Shown here: piece after piece, positions 35,065 to 41,816 of the stretch | How the letters are laid out: each line of letters starts with the position of its first letter | How positions within the stretch are numbered: the first letter of the stretch is position 1 | Position numbers and translations under genes: made by a program | Source: Chiloscyllium plagiosum | Lineage: Eukaryota | DNA length: 41,816 nucleotides | Direction: 5' to 3' | NCBI RefSeq assembly: GCF_004010195.1 | Contig: NC_057720.1 | Coordinates: forward strand, 29,442,302 to 29,484,117 | Notes under the pieces: model-generated | Database searches by the model: none | What the model was told of the DNA's origin: nothing | Seen by the model: the letters and a program-made list of their open reading frames with translations, nothing else

Positions 35065-36079
35065 GTTGGAGAGATAGATTCTGGATGCCACATTTGACAA
35101 GGTATCAAGGAGCTTCAAAGAGATGAACATAAAAGGAAGAAATTAATTGCAAATTGAACTGTAATCTATTGGTTGCTATGTAAACATTGGGAGAAAAGAC
35201 AACAGTTTGGGTTACAACTTTTGTCCTCCCCTTTCACAAATACAAAAGAACAGGCTTTAAAAGCCAGTTCAGCCAGTCTGTGTGTCTAGTGAACTGAGGT
35301 GTGCCAGTGAACTGAGCTATCTGTGTGCACTAGCCAGGATTTGAATGTGAGTGTGCTGTGAAGATCAGCCAGTGGATCACCCACGAGTCATCCCTGTGTT
35401 GCAGAAAATTAAGTTATTCTGTCCAAGTTCAAGAAGCCAGCTAGTCAGAAAACCATTCAAACATAAACAGGATAAAAGAATTTCAATCAAACTGCAAAGC
35501 CAAAAATCTCAAACTTGACTACTTGGCTGTCAACTCAGCACTATCTACTCTTCATGAAAATTCAGAGACTGAAAAATAAATTAATTCTTTCACTAATTCG
35601 TTATCTGTCTGCGTGGGTTGAGAATTAAAGCTGACAACCAACAGTTCTTGGTGCATCTCCCTTCCAGTAATGGCCCAATCAGAGCCCTCTTTACATGTTG
35701 TACAAACTTAGTGTCCCTTTATTCAAGTCTGTTTCTTGCATTTTAGTTCTGATACATGCATGATGAAAAGCATCAACTTTTTGTCTTCTTTTAGTAATAC
35801 ATACCAAACAATTATTTATTTAACTGAGGCAATGGTTTCAGTTCTCATTCTTGACCTGTGTGTATGTATTTTATTATTTCTTCTTGTGTTTAGAAACTAA
35901 TAAGAATTTTTCCAAGAAAGCTTGATTAATTTAGCCACTTTTAAAACAGATTTTAATTTTGTCTTGGCGAAAGGTATCCATAAGGAATGGGATTTTTCTT
36001 AAAATTAAACTTCTTGCAGCCAACAGAGGGATCAGATGAAAGGGAACTAGTTCATCCTTCATCACTCATGTGCTCAACA
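35065..36079 (+). mobile_element. Possible solo LTR
   Basis: About 1 kb TGTT...AACA with ATTAAA near the end. No TSD seen. Confidence 0.25.
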
Positions 36080-36122
36080 ATTTTGAAAATACCATCAGAA
36101 ATAGAAATTTAAAGAAACACAT

Positions 36123-36445
36123 GGGTGGCACAGTGGCTCAGTAGTCAGCACTATTGTCTCACAGCACCAGAGACCATTTGATTCCAGCCGTGAGTGACTA
36201 TCTGTCTGGAGATTGCATATTTTCCTTGTGTCTGCGTGGGTTTCCCTTGCATGCTCTGATTTCATCCCACGGCCCAAAGATGTGCAGGTAAATGGATTGG
36301 CCATGTGGAATTGCCCTGTAGTGTGCAGGTTAGGTGAATTAACCATAGTAACTGTATGGTTTCAGGGACAGGGTGAGATGCTCTTTGGAGGGTTGGTGCA
36401 GATCCAATGGGCCGAATGGCCCCTTTCCACAGTGTAGAGTTTCTA
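36123..36445 (+). mobile_element. tRNA-derived V-SINE (HE1-like)
   Basis: GGTGGCACAGTGGCTCAGT head, GTGTCTGCGTGGGTTTCC..CCCAAAGATGTGCAGGT core, GGGCCGAATGGCC tail. Confidence 0.85.
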
Positions 36446-36594
36446 AAGCATTTGCTGTTTGATGACAAAGTCCTGAAGTTGCCATTTAAGACTTTTGGGG
36501 GAGAGGCGTGGTGATGTGGTATGTCAAATATTGGGGAAATGTTTCTTGATCTTGAGAATTTGATGTTTTTCATTTTCACTGTCTTTTCTCACCT

Positions 36595-36797
36595 ATTGAT
36601 TCGGAGATGCCGGTGTTGGACTGGGGTGTACAAAGTTAAAAATCACACAACAGTAGGTTGTAGTCCAACAGGTTTATTTGGAAGCATTAGCTTTTGGAGC
36701 GTTGCTCCTTTATCAGGTGGTTGTGGACACCTGATGAAGGAGCAGCGCTCCAGCAGCTAGTGCTCCCAAATAAACCTGTTGGACTATAACCTGGTGT
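36595..36797. mobile_element. Head-to-head inverted family B hammerhead unit
   Basis: Arms about 36655-36719 and 36728-36792. Flanking TGTCTT(TT)CTCACCT duplication (36580-36594, 36795-36807). Confidence 0.82.
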
Positions 36798-37814
36798 CTT
36801 CTCACCTCACACCACACCAAGGAGAGCAAATTTTACCCTAATTTGTTTCTAATTCTAAATGAACTTCCTGACTGTGTAGGAGTATTGATGGTGAGAATTC
36901 ACCACTCAAATAGAACTGTTCCCTTTTTTGATGACCTATCACAAGCATTGCCACCTACCTTCCTCACAACAAAATGTAAGAGCTTTGAAATCAATAAATC
37001 TGTATCACCTATATCTTGAAGCAAAATATCTAAGCGTAGAAAGGAACATTTAGACACCCTCTGAATCCTTTATTTATCCCCGAGTGTCAGTGCATGCTTC
37101 ATTCATGTCATTCTATCCTGCTTATTGTCTGTCAATAAAAAACTATGCATGCTAAAAGCAAATATCAATTAAGCTCAATTGGTATCTAACAACTCACAAT
37201 ACAAGCAATTAGACCGGAGTCATGAGTTATCTTTAGCAACAGTATAATATTTTTAAAGTAGAGGCTTTAGAACTATAAGATAAAGTGTTGAGGTACAGAA
37301 ATTATGGGTGGAATTTTCCCACTTGCTGAATAGCATAGATGTAGCAGGTCAGATGGGAACATATGGGAAAAAAAAATCGAAAAATCTAGATTCTTAAGTG
37401 GAGAAAATAAAATTTTCCACCCAAGACCTGAATGATGGATCTCATTAGCAAGCGGCAAGAAGCCTGTTTGAAAATGTTTACATCTCAGTATTTGCTATGC
37501 TTACCTCATTTATTTGCAGTTTCCTATTTCTCTCATACAGCAGGGAGAACTAAGTAGCAACAATTCCTGTCTGGAAAGTCAGAATGGGTATGTTGTGACT
37601 TCAGCTCACCACCTGCTCCCCCAGGCCAACATCTTGGCCAGCATTCCTCAACATTGCAGGGTATGCACCATGGGCAGTGACCACCAGCATGCTTTGTTCA
37701 TAGAAGTTGGCATCAGATATGCACCAGCCTCACCATATCGTTATGGCACATTTCCAACATGCTTATGATATGATTCACCACCTCAATTCTGTACTTTGTA
37801 GTGCACTGAGATGT

Positions 37815-38192
37815 TGCATTCTAATGCTGCCACTACCCTACATTGCATGCAGGGACAGGCACCCAATTAATGTGTAGACCAGGCTGCATCACAGAACTTC
37901 AGCTTTCTTTCTTTGTTCTTACTCACTTTGTGCCTCCTTGAATGCTTGCAGACTCCCTGTCAATGCCTTGCCTTGTCTTTTTTTTGCACTTTGTCGTTTC
38001 AATCAGAACTTAGAGCCTCATGTAACAACTACTTTGCCTTGTCTTTTAGTGTAGACACAAAGCCAGCTTGACATGCTTGGCAGCAGTGATCAGCCAAGCA
38101 AGCTAAGAGCTCTGAGTTGCAGCCTAGTCTGATGCATGAGGTGGATGCCTGTCCCTGCATACAATTCAACTTGATAGTAGCATTAAAATGCA
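37815..38192. repeat. Degenerate inverted repeat, about 90-bp arms
   Basis: 37815-37905 versus 38100-38192 (ATGCAGGGACAGGCA / TGCCTGTCCCTGCAT). Confidence 0.75.
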
Positions 38193-38239
38193 TTAATGGC
38201 AACATCATTCTTGCAGCATGTGCCAGCATCTTAAGCAGC

Positions 38240-38685
38240 CTGCTCTAGGGGTCCCCAGCATCACAGATACCAGTCTTTAATCATTCCCCATGAAGGAAAG
38301 AAATCATTGGAGGCACAGAATACTGTAAAGGTTATGGACTCTGACAAAATTCTGGCACTCATACTGAAGACTTGTGCTCTGGGACATGCCATGCCTCTAG
38401 CCAAGCTGCTTCAGTAGAGTTAGAATATGGCATCTGCGCAACAAGTATGCCCAAGTATGTCCTACACAAAAGGTGTGACAAATCCAAACCTGACTATTAC
38501 TGTCTCTTCAGTCTACTCTCAACCACCAGTAAAGTGATAGAAAGTGTTATTAACAGTGCTATCAAGCAGCACCTTTTAAACAATAATCTACTCACTGAGA
38601 CTCAGTTTGGATTCACCAGGGCCACTCAGCTCCTGACCTCATTACAACCTTAGTTCAAATGTGTACAAAAGAGCTGAATTGCAGA
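38240..38685 (+). mobile_element. CR1/Jockey-group LINE RT N-terminal fragment
   Basis: HKRCDKSKPDYYCLFSLLSTTSKVIESVINSAIKQHL..NNLLTETQFGF. Confidence 0.8.
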
Positions 38686-39048
38686 AGGAAATGTTTCTAA
38701 ATTGTGATGTAAATTGAACGATAACAACCCATTTGTTCCTTGCAGTGGGCAATAGCCATTGAAAATGATCTTTTGTTGAGGTATCAACAGTGTTTTCAAA
38801 ATCATGTTGTCTATTAACCAAATGAGACGTACGGTTCTGGAATTTGTATCTTTTTCATGGTTTTACAGTAAAATGTTCCCACATGTATGTAATTAAATAG
38901 AATTTTGTACCAGAGGAGGCTTTCGAATGTTTTTGGGTTACTGTTGGTTTTGGAAGCTTTGTCCTGCAGTGCTGCTTAAGGATTTGCTGTTTTCACAATT
39001 TATCACAAGTAATGGAATATAACAATAATACAATAACAAGAAATACAA

Positions 39049-39335
39049 ATGATTTGGAGGTGCCGATGTTGGACTGGGGTATACAAGGTTAAAAATTACA
39101 CAGCACCAGGTTACAGTCCAACAGGTTTATTTGGAAGCATTAGCTTTCAGACCGCTGCTCCTTCATCAGGTGCTTGTGGAGTATAAGATCGTAGGACACA
39201 GAATTTGTAGAATTTAAATTCTGTGTCCTATGATCTTATACTCCACAACCACCTGATGAAGTTGCGGTGTTCTGAAAGCTAGTGCTTCCAAATAAACCTC
39301 TTGGACTATAATCTGGTGTTATGTGAGTTTTAACT
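39049..39335. mobile_element. Palindromic family B hammerhead unit
   Basis: Arms 39088-39206 and 39216-39334 with a 9-bp spacer. A hammerhead motif lies on each strand. Confidence 0.88.
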
Positions 39336-39374
39336 AAAGAAATATGGAGAATGAGAAGAAATATAAAAAAAGAA

Positions 39375-39785
39375 GAGTTCCATTTGTATGGCTCTTACAT
39401 GATCACTGAATGTATGAGGCATTTAACAGTTTGTGAAGTACTTTTGAACTCCAGCACTCTGTTTTAATATTGGAAATGCTAATTTGTGACTATCAAACTC
39501 CCACAAATATAAGGGCGATAATGATCAGATAATCTGTTTTTATGATGTTAATTCAGGAATAAATATTGGCCAGATCACCACTGCTCTTCAAAATACAACC
39601 ACACAACCTTTTCTATGTGTCTGAGCTGTCAAAGGGGTTTAATATGAATGATAGCAACTCCATCAGTGTAACACTCCTCTCTTCTACTCAGGATCAGCCT
39701 TGGTTTTTGTGCTCATGTCTTGGAGTGGGACTTAAACTTGGAGATTCAGAGATAAGTGTGCTAGAAACTGAGTCTTGGCTAACAA
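39375..39785 (-). mobile_element. Deu-domain SINE, decayed
   Basis: TTTTTGTGCTCA..TGGAGTGGGACTT, GAATAAATATTGGCCAG and CAAACTCCCACAAA match the other copies. Confidence 0.68.
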
Positions 39786-40101
39786 ACAAGGCAGATCTTA
39801 AGAATGTAAGAAGAATATGAGAATGATGAAATAAAATAACATTAAAAATCAGCCGATCAATGAAGAAAGGATGGAGAGAGACTGATAATTTCAGTGAAAT
39901 TGAATACCAGGGCATGTAAAAGGTGGCAGATGCAAGGTCTGGGTTCCTGTCCCAAAGGAATTTCACTTGTATTGAATCATTTCATTTGTATCAAATTAAG
40001 TTGGCAATGGTAGTGCATGCTCAGACTTCAGATCAATGTCAGGTTGAGTGACTTACCTAACTTCTTAATTGAACTCGATATAAAATGATTTCTCAGACAA
40101 G

Positions 40102-40197
40102 CCCTTCCTGAAGAAGGGCTTATGCCCGAAACGTCGGTTCTCCTGTTCCTTGGATGCTGCCTGACCTGCTGCACTTTTCCAGCAACACATTTTCAGC
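40102..40197 (+). mobile_element. 96-bp hammerhead-containing Penelope-derived mini-insertion
   Basis: Perfect 13-bp TSD TTTCTCAGACAAG (40089-40101, 40198-40210). Confidence 0.88.
40106..40137 (+). ncRNA. Minimal type I hammerhead ribozyme motif
   Basis: CUGAAGA (40108-40114), A, GGGC-UUAU-GCCC, GAAA (40128-40131), CGUC. Weak stem I. Confidence 0.68.
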
Positions 40198-40529
40198 TTT
40201 CTCAGACAAGTTGTCAACATTTTAAACTTAAATACATGGTAGCATTGATTTTCTGTCATAAGTATCATGTCTATGTTTCACACATTTTGTACTCAATTTA
40301 ATTCTTATCAAGGTGGAACACTCTGGCAATAGAAACTTCATAGCTTGGATTTTCCTCATATTGGCAGCTTCAGTACAGAACTGGATTGATAACAAAAACA
40401 GTCTCAATGGAAACTAACCTTTTAGCTTCTGAGCTTCAATTATGTAAGTACATTACTGGCTGAGCCGAAATTGTCCAGTTCACAACTTCACATGCAATGA
40501 AGCTCTGTAATAAAAGCAGAATACCATGA

Positions 40530-40730
40530 ATACAGAAGTGTTGGAGAAACTCAGCAGGTTCAGCAGTTTTTGACAAGAGAGAAAGAGGTAATGTTTTGAA
40601 TCTGATGGCTCTGTGTTGGACTGTTAACTCTGTTTCTATCTCCATGGATGATGTAGATCTGCTGAGTTTCTCCAGCATTTTCTGCTTTTATTTCAGATCT
40701 TCAACAACCAAGTATTTTGCTTTTATTTGA
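40530..40730. mobile_element. Old inverted Penelope-type unit
   Basis: TGGAGAAACTCAGCAG and CTGCTGAGTTTCTCCA arms. Hammerhead core lost. Confidence 0.65.
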
Positions 40731-40795
40731 GAGTTTAATTGGATGCCTCCCTCCAGGTATATATCTTGCTCTTCTCCACTGAAACTCTTGTTGAA

Positions 40796-41816
40796 TAGAG
40801 TCAGAGAGTCATAGAGATGTACAGCACGGAAACAGACCCTTCGGTCCAACTCATCTATGCTGACCAGATATTCCAACCAATCTGGTCCCACCTGTCAGCA
40901 CCTGGTCCATATCCCTCCAAACCCTCCCTATACTTATACACATCCCAATGCCTTTTAAATGTTGCAATCATACTAGCCTTCTCCACTTCCTCTGGCAGCT
41001 CATTCCATACACGTACCACCCTCTGCATGAACAAGTTGCTCCTTAGGTAATTTGTATATTTTTCCCCTCTCACCCTAAACCTATGCCTTCTAGTTCTGGA
41101 CTTCCCCACCCCTGGAAAGAGACTTTGTCTATTTATCCTATCCATGCCCTTCATGATTCTATAAACTTCTATAATGTCACCCCCTCAGCCTCAGACACTC
41201 CAGGGAAAACAGCCCCAGCCTGTTCAATCTCCCCCTATAGCTCAAATCCTCCAACCCTGGCAACATCCTTGTCAATCTTTTCTGAACCCTTTCAAGTTTC
41301 ACAACATCTTTCCGATAGGAAGGAGACCAGAATTGCATGGAATATTCCAAATTGGCCTAACCAATGTCCTGTCCAGCTGCAACATGACCTCCCAACTCCT
41401 GTACTCAATACTCTGACCAATAAAGGAAAGCATACCAAATACTTTCTTCACTATCGTATTTACCTGCCATTCCACTTTCAAGGAGCTATGAACCTGCAGT
41501 CCAAGATCTCTTTGTTCAGCAACACTCCCTCGGACCTTACCATTAAGTGTATAAGTCCTGCTAAGATTTGCTTGCCCAAAATGCAGCACCTTGCATTTAT
41601 CTAAATTAAACTCCATCTTCCACTTCTTAGCCCATTGGCCCATCTGATCAAGATCCTGTTGTAATCTGAGGTAACCTTCTTCGCTGTCCACTACACCTCC
41701 AATTTTGGTGTCATCTGTAAATTTACTAACTATACCTCTTATGCTCACATCCAAATCATTTATATAAATGACAAAAAGTAGTGGACCCATCACCGATCCT
41801 TGTGGCACTCTACTGG
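40796..41816 (-). mobile_element. Young CR1 LINE (RT C-terminus to 3' tail), runs off the window
   Basis: PQGSVMGPLLFVIYINDLD, FTDDTKIGG, LQQDLDQMGQWAKKWKMEFN. (GACTCTAT/CT)n tail. Confidence 0.92.

Noticed and set aside
36595..39335. MITE or pre-miRNA interpretation of the palindromes
   Set aside because: The arms are asymmetric (tail on one side only), also occur as solo copies, and carry hammerhead motifs. This fits Penelope inverted pLTRs better.
1..41816. CRISPR array or prokaryotic system
   Set aside because: No regularly spaced direct repeats or operon-like ORFs. The sequence is vertebrate repeat DNA.

Overview
This is repeat-dense vertebrate DNA, most likely from a shark or ray. That is inferred from HE1-type V-SINEs, HER1/CR1 LINE tails and SacSINE1-type Deu-domain SINEs. 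No intact host protein-coding gene can be supported. The recognisable ORFs are decayed transposon fragments or their antisense shadows: CR1 ORF1/ORF2, Rex1/Babar, Penelope RT plus GIY-YIG, a Gypsy pol with Gmr1-type IN-RT-RH order, and a PIF/Harbinger Myb gene. A CpG-rich, repeat-poor block at about 19.6-21.9 kb looks like a promoter, with a G19 tract, a ZNF143-like motif and splice signals on both strands. The most interesting signal is a dense set of short Penelope-derived insertions carrying minimal hammerhead ribozyme motifs of three sequence families. These include two young, nearly identical 96-97 bp tail-less units with perfect 12-13 bp target-site duplications, one nested inside an older hammerhead, and several head-to-head palindromic units that mostly turn at the ribozyme core. 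Family names come from recall of consensus motifs, not database searches. Boundaries of old repeats are approximate.
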